A stretch of DNA of 64,000 bases. Source: Phoronis australis (lineage: Eukaryota > Animalia > Phoronida). A model generated the notes under the pieces. That model searched no databases. It worked only from the letters and a program-made list of their open reading frames with translations, and was not told the DNA's origin. Location of the stretch: the NCBI GenBank assembly GCA_002633005.1, contig NMRA01000020.1, forward strand, positions 211,621-275,620. The letters are read 5' to 3'. This document shows positions 39,363 through 51,437 of the stretch, piece by piece. The translations under genes and the position numbers were made by a program. The stretch's first letter is position 1. The number at the start of each line of letters is the position of its first letter.

Positions 39363-40289
39363 CCTACTTTTGTCTGTTTGCGTATTTTGTTTGTGGTTGG
39401 ATCTCTTGAGAACAGTCTCAGGGTGTTCCTTCAAAATTGGAATCCTGGTGTAAAACGGATATCCCAGAGTCGAAAACAAACCCTCGCACCATCAAAACAG
39501 CTAAGCAGCTCGAAAAACACGAACATCGAAGTTTAAAACACGAACCTCAATTTTTAAGACAGGAACACCGGGGATCAAACAGGACACCCGGACAAGTTTT
39601 TCAAATCTTCTGAGGCTATGCCAGTAACCTTAAACTTTGAGTTAAATCATCTTCAAATACTTTCCAGATATTTTATGCATTTTTTGTTAAATTTGTCACT
39701 AATATAACGTAACTTATGTAATATCGACTTCCTTATTTCATTATTGTCGGTAAAACTTGTGCAACTTGTCTTGCAGGCGAATTTGAACGTTGTTATCTCA
39801 GTGAATATGTAGTTAATTTCAGATTATTCAATAGTTTCCCAAAAATATTTCAAAAATGAAAATAAAAATATTATTTCGATTTTCGAGCACCATTGTTAAT
39901 TAATTCCTTTATAAATCTTTACAACCGGCCGCGATTTAGGGTTCGTCGATTTACTTGTCGAGAGTATATAATTTCCGGTACAGTCAATGGACCGCGACAA
40001 GTATTCACTGAAAAGACCTGCAACGTCACCAACTTCACCGTCACCAACTTCACCATTCTTGGCCTCAAAAAGTGTACTTCAACTCCTCATCGATCATTAA
40101 AACGGAATTTGGAATCGGAATTTCTGAACTCAACTCGTTCACACTTTTTTGGAGGATCATTGTTGCAAAACTTGTTTTGAATTTCGGTTTGCTGGTATAA
40201 AATGCTACATACTTGTAATGAAACGAAACCAGTTCCGGTAATTTGCTGTATGCACGCAACCTCTTGGAAGTAGATCAGTTTCCCTGTCA

Positions 40290-41093
40290 TTGAGTATGGA
40301 TAGAAGTCCAGTTGAGAACGTGAGTTCCTTTAAATATCTGGCACTAATATATGATCAAAATCTTTAATTCTGTCACCACGAGGATTATATCTCGAAAAAG
40401 GTGTCTAATAAAATTGGCGTATTGAAACGCATCAGTAAATTTATGAACAGAGTAACACTGAAACCCCTTTTTAATGCTATCATTCAACGTCACCTAGATT
40501 ATTGCCTCCCGGTGTGGGGCGATGCATCAGACAAGGATATGAAAACCATCCAGGTTATCCAAAATAGGGCTGCCCGGATTATTCTGGGAGCTGGTGTGAG
40601 AGATATTAACATTGAAAACCTTCACACGGAAACTGGAATAATGAAAATACTCACAAGACCTAAATTCCTATCTGCTTGTTGTATGTGCAAAAGTTTTAAA
40701 CGTCTTGTCCCAACATACTTAAGTGCTAAGTTTAGGATGGCTACTAATCACTACAACACTAGGTCCTCATTGTCATCCAATTTCAATCTCCCGAAACCCA
40801 GAAACGAAACTGGAAAAAATCATTTTCCTACAGCGGGACCTAGTTATGGAACACTGTCGCTTCCGATGTCAAATCTGCATCACCCTTGATAACCTTTAAA
40901 AGAATTATAAGAAATCAATTTAACTTTCATTCAGCATCCCTATATCAGACTATTTTTTATTCATATGTATATAATTATGTGTGTATATGTGTATGTGTGT
41001 GTATGTAGTTGTGTATTCGAGTGTATGTTTGTATTTATGCATGTATGTATGTGTATGTATGTATGTATTTATGTGTATAAGTGTGCATGTGTT

Positions 41094-41149
<56 letters not shown>

Positions 41150-41452
41150 TGTATATATTTGATATGTCTTACTTTTATTAACTATTTATTGTCTGTTTTA
41201 TTAAATATATTATATTTATATTTTAGCTAATCATCTTGTCTCACTTTTATTATCTTCTATTTATCATATCTTGTTTTTTTTGTTTCATCGGTCTTTCCAT
41301 GTTAATTTCTTATTCTTTGCTGATTATTTAAATAGTGTCTTTCATTTTGTAATTCTGTTAAAGTTTGTCTTACTGTCTGTATGTTTTTATTGAGGCCCTC
41401 CATGGAAAGCAATGTGAACTGATGGGGCTACCCTCATTGTAAATATTACATT
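40290..41452 (+). mobile_element. 3' fragment of an L2/Crack-type LINE
   Basis: KIGVLKRI..LDYCLPVWG..QVIQNRAARIILG..HYNTR..PKPR motifs, then an AT-rich UTR, a terminal GAGG..CCATGGAAAGCA..ACCCTC stem-loop and a microsatellite tail. Confidence 0.8.
41099..41146. repeat. (AT)n microsatellite
   Basis: Seen directly in the sequence. Confidence 0.95.
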
Positions 41453-41496
41453 AATAATAATAATAATAATAATAATGATGATGATGATGATGATGA

Positions 41497-41542
<46 letters not shown>

Positions 41543-41662
41543 GCTACTACTACTGCTACTACTACTACTAATAATAATAATGATAATAATAATGATACTA
41601 CTACTACTACTACCACTACTACTACTACTAATAATAATAATAATAATGATAATGATACTAAT
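41452..41662. repeat. Compound (AAT)n/(GAT)n/(ACT)n microsatellite
   Basis: Seen directly; it forms the tail of the LINE. Confidence 0.95.
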
Positions 41663-42842
41663 TGATTGAATCACTGACAAAGGCCACAGTGAACCTGGAT
41701 GACTCGTACTTACTATTGCCACGATGGAATGAGCACGGTCTAAACACAATGCATAAGCCTACGAGTCGTCGCACTCGACCTGGCCGGGGATGAGGATCTG
41801 GCATCACTCGCCCTAGAATGGCAGCAGTTTGTTCGTTATTTTAAAAATTTGCAAATACACTTACAAGGTGGCGAGTCCTTCATAGTAACGCCGCTTTTGT
41901 GTTTGGTCGAAACACGATTCCTTGAAATGTGCCTCACGACTGAATCGCACGTTCCACATTGACATTCCACACCCTCGTGCGATGCACAAACCGACGCCAT
42001 TTCTTGACAACTTTCGCATTCATAGAAACTTTGACAACAGAGACGTTCTCGGTCATGTTGCTATTACTACAACCTTCACAAACGTTCCTTTTCATGCCTG
42101 TGAAAGATGGCTCTCCGCGAACTTACCTCACAACTCCTCAGTATCGCACTGACTGGTAAAAACAACAATGGCAGACATGGTCTTCCTTTCATTACCACGA
42201 TAATAGAAAAAAAGTTTTGTCTTATTTCTTAGGAGCACTTACACAAAAGGCTATTGAATCTCTTAAGATGTGTTAGTAAAAATCTTTTTGAGACACAGGG
42301 GTAACTGTTCTTCGCTTTCCGGACATCATCCAAACACAAAAAATGGGGAGCTAGAGGATGAAAAAAATTCTTCAGGTTGATTTTGAACCGAGCATAATCC
42401 CCTTTCTTGGAGATACACTTTCATTCCCGGTACTTTTGAACTGTTGAAAGCGAAAATATTTCCATGGCCACGCACCTCCATGGTTTCCGGCATGACCTGT
42501 GAAAATGTGCCTGATATTCCAAATCGAGACACGTGTTTTCTTTCTTTCGTGACAAAGGAGAGTTCTATCGCTAGTGTGTAATCCGAAACGGCACTAATGA
42601 ATAGAATCTAATCAACTCCCCACCCCCGTCGCTTCCATTGCATAATTTGGAAATCACTCCCGTAGCCGGCAAATCCGTTCCCCTCTATGGCAGAGGTCGG
42701 GATCGGCAGCATGCTACTATTTTAAAGGCTTTTTTGTTTTGTATTCACGAATTGTTCTTTCTATGCTTGGTGTGTTTCGGCATGAAAATAAACTGGTTCG
42801 TAACGTCATTACATACAAACTTTGTTACACCCTAATCTGCCT

Positions 42843-42995
42843 CCCGTTCAGTAACGCTAGGACCTAGCTTAAAAGCAAGACTTTGCGAGATTACACGAGA
42901 TATTGCCGTGTATTTTAAATAAGAGCACGTGACCTTGACTAGCTTTTGGCTAGGTCCTAGCGTACACGTAGGTCCTAGCGTCTACTGAACGCACG
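42843..42995. mobile_element. Small palindromic MITE about 145 bp upstream of the SLC52-like ATG
   Basis: CGTTCAGTAACGCTAGGACCTAGC ... GCTAGGTCCTAGCGT / TAGGTCCTAGCGTCTACTGAACG inverted arms. Confidence 0.65.
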
Positions 42996-43139
42996 CCTGG
43001 CTATGCTCTCAAGTAGGTTTATTGCACTTCCTTTTTTCACTAGTCTGAATGCCGACCTTCGTGTCACCCTGTATTTTTTGCGATAAGATGACATACTCTT
43101 AGTCTCTTTCATCACCCTATTCCATGCACCAAGATAGTC

Positions 43140-44181
43140 ATGGCGTCCACATCGGTAGCCCTATATATTCTTGTCGTTTTGTTTACCATGTCTGGATTTT
43201 CAGACGTTGACTCGTTATGGGCCGAATTGCCTATTTTGGTACAGCGACTGCCTGAGTATTGGTTGTTACCAAGTTACTTCATGGTAATCGTGGGAGTCGC
43301 TTGTGTGTCAACAATAATTTACGTTGGTTTACATAGATGTAGACCGGACACAGTGAACGAGGTTTCCGTGCAATACGGAATGAACGCAACTTCGATATTT
43401 TGCTTCATTCTGTTAATTTTCTTCTGGAATTCAACAGTGGAGATCAATGGAGAGTCACACAGTGTTATTTTCTTGGTGGTAATCTCTCTGCTGTCATTGA
43501 AGACCCAGACGGCGCCTGTCGTAATTCTACCGTACTTAGCAAGGTTTCCCTCCGTCTACCTCACGGCCTCGTTTGTTGGGGATGGATTAGGCGGCGTGAT
43601 ACCATCGATTGTATCACTCATTCAAGGTGCGGGAGAGTACCAGTGCTTGAACACGTCAGCGGAATTCAATCAAACACGGAGCTCTCAATTCAAGAATTAT
43701 TCTTCAGATTCTGTGACTGAGTGGGAACAGGTTTATTCACCGCTCTTGTTTTCAGTGGAAATTTTTCTCGTTATAACGACATTAACACTTGTTCTCTATG
43801 CTACATCTTTTCTTTTATTGCATCACCACCCATGGTGCAAGAAGTTCCACGTGACCAAAGGAGAACTCAGCACAAAAAACCATGAGGACACTGGCGAAAT
43901 GTTCTCATCAACTGCGGCTATCGTTAGCGATGATTATGCAATGGCAACAAACGGAAATACTTACTCCCATAGTAGGCCGTCCATCACACATAGCAACCGG
44001 TCTCAGGAACATAAGGAAACCGTTGCGAATGGGATAGAATTTGAGACTATTCAAGCCCTTGGGGAGAATGTTGTTCTTTCTAAGTCGATGAGTAGATTTC
44101 TCATTTTTCAATACGGCTTCAATTTTGGACTAAACTATGGAGTCTTGTATCCTGTTCAGTCCTACGCTCTTCTTCCTTACG
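43140..44181 (+). CDS. SLC52-family riboflavin-transporter-like protein, coding exon 1
   Basis: Family motifs LWAELPILVQRLPEYWLLPSY, ILPYLARF, GDGLGGVIPSIVSLIQGAG, PLLFSVEIF and YPVQSYALLPYG. Donor G|GTGAGT (phase 1). Confidence 0.93.
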
Positions 44182-44841
44182 GTGAGTATCAATGCTTGCA
44201 TCTTTAATTTGTAAATTATCACATATCATTCGTAAAGAAGACAAACCGCTGAACTATAAATCACTCCAGCATTTTTGCAGACAAACCCTGAGCGAACATT
44301 CGGAATGTATTAGATAGCTGGAAACAACAAAAGTCAAATTCACTCGTCTAAGCTCGTTGCAGGGCCCACTAGGCACTTGCCCGGGGCCCCACGACCACAG
44401 GGACCTCACACCGATCAGTGTTGGATTTGACTCACGGTAGTAAAAGTGTAGTGATACGAATTTACACGCTATGTGCTGTATCAACCATTGAGCAAACGGT
44501 AACTATTGTACGCGCCAGCACCAAAGAGAATCAGGGTCCTGTCTTGAATTCACAACTGTAGATCTCGCACAACTTAATGGCTCTACACTCTATATAAAAA
44601 ATTCATGTGTCAATTTTGTATCGCGAAAGGTGTGTGCTACAGTTCTTTAAGACAGTCACATTTCCTTTGAATTTTCCTTTGTGAGACACTCCTGTTCTAC
44701 GCTTGAGCAGGCGACCAATCTTTGACAATGACAATGCCAACAACATTTTGTGCTTAGGTTGGTTTGAATGTTGTGAAATGACTAGACTTTCATGGAAAGT
44801 TAATTCGAAGCAATTTGTACGTAAAATTCAACTCTTTGCAG

Positions 44842-45050
44842 GTAATTTAGCATTCTCTCTCGGCAACAGACTCTCGACGGTCGCGCTCTCTGGCGCCGGA
44901 TTACTTGCCCTGTTCATTCCCACCCGCTCAGTCAAGGTGGTCACTATACACTTTGTGGTCGGTTTACTAACGTCCATTTACATCATGTTTGTGGCGGCAA
45001 TGAGTCCGAATCCGCCACTTAGGGGCACTGATGAAGGCGTTGTACTGGCG
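44842..45050 (+). CDS. SLC52-family protein, coding exon 2
   Basis: CTCTTTGCAG acceptor. Encodes GNLAFSLG...YIMFVAAMSPNPPLRGTDEGVVLA. Donor GTACGT (phase 0). Confidence 0.92.
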
Positions 45051-46688
45051 GTACGTAGACATTAGGCCTTAATTCCAGCATTTTACATTTGTAGTAAGTC
45101 TATCCAGGCGATTCGGGCTGTCGCGCCATCTTGTGGAGACGCGACACCCTCCAAAATAACAGGACAAGTGCACAAGATACAAGTAACTGTTACAAATTTG
45201 TAGGACAGTTCGGGTGGTGTCTGGGTGGATGTTTGCCGAAAAATAACTTGTATCAACTGCGGGAAGGATGTCAGAGGTACTAGTGACCAAGGGGGCACTC
45301 TTGGAGGGAAGGGAAGTGGAAACGACGGTACCGGGAAACAGATTTTGGGTCAGTCTTTCAACCTTGTGACATCCCATTGCATGTTTCAACAAATAAACGA
45401 AAGTAAGAATTCATTGTGGGTCTTTGCTTGTTGCTCAGCCCAGATAAGCATTTTGTCAATTTCGCGACATCGTCTTCTTGTAATGCATACGACAGATGGC
45501 GTGGCCATCCACAAGTGCCTAGTCTTGTCACCAGCGCATGTTTTGGCAGATATACGAAAATCACAGCATCGAGTATTAATGTCGTCAACTGGCATGACAT
45601 GTGCTCTGCTTAGGAACCAAAACTGATTTTAGATGGTGAAAGCATACCTCATGTCGGAATATGGGGGTCAATGGGACTTGAACCCAGGACCTCATGTCAA
45701 AGACATACCTGCTACATTTCAATACGATCCCGGGTGATTGTTACGATGTAAAATTGCATGTGCAAATTATGTATGTATCATGTTTTCTTGAATTCTGCAC
45801 ACTTTTGATTATTACGCTTTTTTAGACATGTACCCTCAATGTTAACATTATCGTCAATCATGTTTTAATACATATCACGACTTTTTGCCATAAGAGTATG
45901 TTCCAGAAAAGTGGATTAATCCTTTCAGAACATTCTTATTGACCTTTTCAGAGTTCTAAAGCTTGCATGGATTTGGTCGAGTCCAGTTATACAGTAATCG
46001 TAATGCTTAGATTAAGCTAATTTAGGGCGCTGCGAAGAAAAGTTGCGCTATGTTCCCAACCAGTCAATAACTATTGTAAAATACAAGGTCGGACTTGTAA
46101 AATACCTTCATCAGCATAGCAGAAAATTTATGTTTAACTTCTTCGATTTTTAGGACAAATTAATGTATTATTCTCTGTTTTATTCATGTATTTTCATTAC
46201 GTTTTTGGGTCCATAGCGGTACCTACGCCAGGATCCTCCTCACGCACAATTTTCCAAACGATGTGCCCCGGTCCTAATCTTCCCAAATAGGTTTAAATGT
46301 TTATCTTTTTATTTCGTTATTTTTGTTTGGCACTTTTCCATCAGAAGGTGACCCAACCGAACATTTTTACTAAAACTGAGTGAGAAAAGGAGGAAATGGT
46401 GATTAAGAGTACTGTATAGGCGGATTCAGGAGACAGGGCTGGTAGCGTGACCATGCTCTCTGGCCACGACAAAAACGCCGTCGACATCCCGTTTCTAAGG
46501 CTTACGCGGACATTTTTTCCTCAAAATTAAAATTCATAGCTGCTCCTCTGCGACATCCGAGATCTCCTTGTTTGATCAGCCCCATTCCATTTCCTAACGT
46601 TTTCACTACGAAAGCCAAAATTTGCGTACCAAAAGTTCCCTTAGTTGAGTTGTAAAGGAAATAAAATATTGCTTTTCACATATTGCAG

Positions 46689-46892
46689 GTGCTGTCCTGG
46701 ATAGTAATGTCCGTCACGTTAGGCTATGCTCGCGTTGGCCTTGCAACAATTTTAAAAGAATCTGGTGGAAAGGAGCCCCTAGTGTACGCAGGAGCTACGA
46801 ACGTTGCTTGTACGGTCTTCGGCAGCATACTCATGTTTGTTTTAGTCAATGTCCTAAACCTTTTTAAGGATACTGCTCCGTGTCCAAACTGA
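46689..46892 (+). CDS. SLC52-family protein, last exon (total 484 aa)
   Basis: TTGCAG acceptor. Encodes VLSWIVMSVTLGYAR...GSILMFVLVNVLNLFKDTAPCPN*. AATAAA near 47064. Confidence 0.92.
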   Translation: MLSWIVMSVTLGYARVGLATILKESGGKEPLVYAGATNVACTVFGSILMFVLVNVLNLFKDTAPCPN

Positions 46893-48539
46893 GGTGCGCG
46901 TTGTCATACGGAGTGACATATGCGTTTGTGTTTCAGATTGACAAGTGTATTGTCATACTAATATTGACATAGTGAGTGACCTGTAAATTTTCATGCAATG
47001 CGACATGTGTTTGTATTTTGTCACAGAAAATGATATATAGTGTTAAAGTGACGTGCATTATTGAATAAAGAAAAGTACCTGTATGGATTCTTGATTCTTT
47101 CATTTGCAGTAACAATATGCCTTGCTCCCATTGCGCATAATCGCTTTTAACCTTTTCCTTGCTAGTCAGGCAGATGTGTTTTGATCTCTGAGCATAGTAA
47201 GTACTGAGCTCGACATTACTTGAGACCACGCACGGACCATAAATTTCCAGTCAACTCTTGACCCACTAATTGACCTTCGTTTTCAACATTAACTTGTGTC
47301 GGTTCTTCCCAATTCCAGAAAACACTTCCAAGGAGCAAGATGAGACCAGTAAACTCAATCAAAATAAGTTTCGACAGGCTGGGCGGGTTTATAATGCAGT
47401 TTGTTATGATTTGAAGAGTAGTTGACCTTTTAGATAGTTGTAGCTCTTTTAACGAGAGGTCATAAAACAAGCATTTGCTACAGTGTGAACAAAATGTCTC
47501 CCAACGCCACGGGATGTATGCATTTTTAATGAGATTGTTTTCTGTGGACACAAATTTTTGGATAAATTTCTCAGTTAAAGCGGTATTAAACCAATGCTTT
47601 GTTTTCTGTCAAAAACAACCTTTGTTTTGGAGTACCCAGGGGGCGGATACAGGATTTTGAGTTGGGGGTGGGGGGTAGGGCAGAGTATTAGCCAGGATGT
47701 AAAGTGTTCTTTTATTTCGCTGTTACGGATTTATTGGTATTTGGACACACCGTAGCCTACAAAGTTCGGCTGAGGCCAATTTACCAACACGATTGTTATC
47801 CCGGCCAGTGGCTCGGAACCAGTTCAGGCCTCGTCGTCGCGGCCGGACTGACTCGATCCCGGCCAGTGGCTCGGAACCCGATCAGGCCCGTCGCGGCCGC
47901 CGGTTTGGCAAGAACATAAACCAACTTGAGTTGGAAACTAAGCCTCCAGTCACGAAAAGACTATAATATTATAGTGAGCCAAAGAAATAATGTGCACGTC
48001 ATTATTTATGTGAATTAGCCACGAAACTGAAAATCTACTTACTTGTCGGGGGCCGCGAAGTCGGGTTCCCCTTTCACAGACCGTCAGGACAAAGGTTGTA
48101 CAGTAAATGATTTGAATAATGTATTTGTATTTCTGAACAAATATTCCCCTAACATGTGACCATAGCACATAAAATCGAGTAATTGTTTCACAACAGCTTT
48201 TTGTCATCAAACGCTGAATTAGCATGCGCTCACACGGCCTTGGTGGCTGGACAATTACCTTTATTGCCGGCATCAAAAGCCAGTAATTCAAACGCAGTGG
48301 TTTATTCATTGCTGGCTTCTCAACAATTGCACTCACGAATACCGACTGCAAAGGCATTACAATTTGTTTCTAATGAGACAGACTTTGTTTCAGTTTTATA
48401 TAAGCATTGATTAGGATGAGAATAATTCATTTTGAAACAGAACGCAAAATGATAAACGTCTACATGGCAACCCGAGTTAGTCAAAAGCTCATCCGACGAA
48501 GACTCCACGGGTCGGATCGTTAGGTTCAGAGGCTATCAG

Positions 48540-49000
48540 TTCGAACCGGAATACACTGATCAAGAAATACTGGAGAGGCGTCGTGAACATGCACTGGCAA
48601 CGGAGTGTATGGACAGTTGTTTGGTAAGCGGGAATTCGTCAGAGATCACTGTCGACGAAATGCCGGCCAGACACGGAGATGTTTCACGGCCTCTTGCTTG
48701 CTATTAACAGCGTACCTTTCACTCTTCACTACCGCGAGCCACTTCCTAAGCATTTCAGGCTCTCGAGAAAGTCGAAAAAACGATATACCCGCTTTCTTCT
48801 CAGCTTCATAGTTCGGACAAGCCGGAACGATGCACCGCACTCTGCATACGAACCACTGACGTCGCTGCGTCGTTTCTCACCTTCCTCACAGGTTAACGCG
48901 ACACCTCTTGGCAAGGTGAGGTCGACCGTATAAGAGGCAATGTGGATATAGACCGATTAAGAAGCTAACAAAGACTAATGAAATCGGGTGGTATTCTCCT
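48540..49000 (-). mobile_element. THAP-domain DNA transposon remnant, Kolobok-like end
   Basis: MRCIVPACPN..GISFFRL..EMLRKWL.., with a frameshifted (C)GRHFVDSD. Terminus TTAA|AGGAGAATACC at 49004-48990. The other end was not found. Confidence 0.55.
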
Positions 49001-49921
49001 TTAAGAAAGCAATAATGCCGTTTTGAAAGCGTAAAGATGCCTAAAAATAACATCGCTCTTTGTTTCTACATATGACTTTGAAAACAATTGAAGGTCAAGG
49101 TCAGCAAATAGACTGACGCTTGGAGATGCTCACTTACACCTTCATCAACCAACCAAATTTTCCTTCTTGAGATAACGTGTAAACAGCAGTTTCTGAGTTT
49201 TCTCGCTACGTCAATCTTGAAAACGAAATCAATGTCGTTGTAATTCAACTTTCGCCAGAAAATCTCTGTCACAATTTGGTCTGACTTGTATATGATTTGA
49301 ATATCAAGAGATTGCTGTTGTCAGTTGGGCTATGCAGAGCCAACCCCTTTGTATTGTTATGCAAATGTGTTCGTTTTGCAAGTGCAGGTAGCAGTCACGA
49401 TTATGCTGGTATACACGTGCTACTGGGCAGTCTACCGATAGTTTGGGCGGAGAGCAGTTGTGCTTTGCCACGCTCTTGCTTTATATTTGAAGCGCATGGT
49501 GCTCTTACCAGTCAAAACGCTTTGGAACACGTAAGTGTGTTTTGTATCGAATATTTGTTAGTAAAGGTATTTATAATATGCTGTGCTAGTCAGTTTAATT
49601 TACCTGAGCGTTATGTGCCTTAGCACTCTTTCTAGATGTAATTCGAAAATACGCTTATGCCATGGTTGGTTATTGAGTCGGTTGACTTGTTACTGTACTT
49701 GTGAAATTTCTAGGTGACCCTTAAGTTTTATCACCAAGCAGATGAACCATGGGTGCAGGAGGCTGGTCAAGCTGGGCGGCGTAATATTTGTCAAGCAGTG
49801 AAAATCTCTGATGCTGAGAAGCCTAAGTTGTGGCACGAGTAGGACCGTAAAGAGACACTGAGACCCTAATTGTGAACTATAGCAATTCTAGTATCGGCAA
49901 TCATTATTATGAGTTTGTGTG

Positions 49922-49923
<2 letters not shown>

Positions 49924-49958
<35 letters not shown>

Positions 49959-50624
49959 NNNNNNNNNNNNNNNNNNNNNNNNNNNNNNNNNNNNNNNNNN
50001 NNNNNNNNNNNNNNNNNNNNNNNNNNNNNNNNNNNNNNNNNNNNNNNNNNNNNNNNNNNNNNNNNNNNNNNNNNNNNNNNNNNNNNNNNNNNNNNNNNNN
50101 NNNNNNNNNNNNNNNNNNNNNNNNNNNNNNNNNNNNNNNNNNNNNNNNNNNNNNNNNNNNNNNNNNNNNNNNNNNNNNNNNNNNNNNNNNNNNNNNNNNN
50201 NNNNNNNNNNNNNNNNNNNNNNNNNNNNNNNNNNNNNNNNNNNNNNNNNNNNNNNNNNNNNNNNNNNNNNNNNNNNNNNNNNNNNNNNNNNNNNNNNNNN
50301 NNNNNNNNNNNNNNNNNNNNNNNNNNNNNNNNNNNNNNNNNNNNNNNNNNNNNNNNNNNNNNNNNNNNNNNNNNNNNNNNNNNNNNNNNNNNNNNNNNNN
50401 NNNNNNNNNNNNNNNNNNNNNNNNNNNNNNNNNNNNNNNNNNNNNNNNNNNNNNNNNNNNNNNNNNNNNNNNNNNNNNNNNNNNNNNNNNNNNNNNNNNN
50501 NNNNNNNNNNNNNNNNNNNNNNNNNNNNNNNNNNNNNNNNNNNNNNNNNNNNNNNNNNNNNNNNNNNNNNNNNNNNNNNNNNNNNNNNNNNNNNNNNNNN
50601 NNNNNNNNNNNNNNNNNNNNNNNN
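49924..50624. other. (GT)n microsatellite running into an assembly gap (N 49959-50624)
   Basis: Seen directly in the sequence. Confidence 0.98.
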
Positions 50625-50897
50625 CACATTAAAGAACATGCTGATGATTAGATGTAAAATGATAAATGCCCAAATTTATTTCCGTGTTATTTTAGTGTTT
50701 ATTTTTCGCGGCCAAAGGGGGGGCAAGACCCCTTCCCGGCAACATTGAATCGGAGAACAGTGAAGGTGGAACTCAGTCAGAAGAATCAGAGGATGCTGTC
50801 TTAAGTCAAATCCGTCAGGCTTGCGACGATGAGACCTGCTCGACCAGTCGTATTCTGAGGAATCCGCAGGACACACTCCAGCACGTACTGGTCTACG

Positions 50898-51055
50898 CAT
50901 AGGCGGATCCAGGGGGGTCAATGGGTCCGGAGCCCCCTTTTTCCCTTGATTTTAATGATATCAAATCTATAATTTTCAAATTGTTGACTTGGTCCCCCCT
51001 TTCAAAAAGTCCTTGACCGTCCGCTCCCCTTTAAAAAATCCTGGATCCGCCCCTG
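50898..51055. mobile_element. MITE with 5-bp TSD
   Basis: CATAGGCGGATCCAGG...CCTGGATCCGCCCCTG, flanked by CTACG at 50893-50897 and 51056-51060. Confidence 0.8.
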
Positions 51056-51187
51056 CTACGTTTGATCTCGTGTCGTAGTAAACCTGAATATTGGAAGTAG
51101 TCCATTTTTGCTCTAAAACTGCGTCGCAATTGCACACCGCGGCATCGTTCAGTTGTACATATACCATGCAAGTCTGACATATTTAAC

Positions 51188-51437
51188 AGTTAAACCTGGG
51201 TCTGACCAAGTCTAAAGTTAAACATAGTTTAAGGTCTTAATACAGGTCTAAAGGATATAGACCTCGTTGGTGAAATGAAAACTGACTTAGACCAGGTCTA
51301 AACTGGAGTTAAACCAGGTTTTACAAGACCACTGGTATAAAAGTTAAACCACCTTTATGAAATGCAGATTATCATTAAACCTGGTCTAAGTCCAGTTTAA
51401 ACCAGGTTTAACTTTAAACCACCTTTATGAAATCGGC
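51188..51437. mobile_element. Subrepeat-rich palindromic non-autonomous element
   Basis: Repeated and inverted TTAAACCAGG / CCTGGTCTAA motifs; TTAAACCACCTTTATGAAAT occurs twice. Confidence 0.5.

Noticed and set aside
39147-39536. Poly-His/poly-Met/poly-Ile ORFs
   Set aside because: These are translations of the (CAT)n microsatellite.
40965-41749. Low-complexity ORFs (YI, poly-L/S/I)
   Set aside because: These are microsatellite translations in a LINE UTR and tail.
45069-45626. Several overlapping ORFs in SLC52 intron 2
   Set aside because: No recognisable motifs, and exons 2 and 3 join in frame without them.
49866-50748. Long X-filled ORFs
   Set aside because: Artefacts of the N gap.
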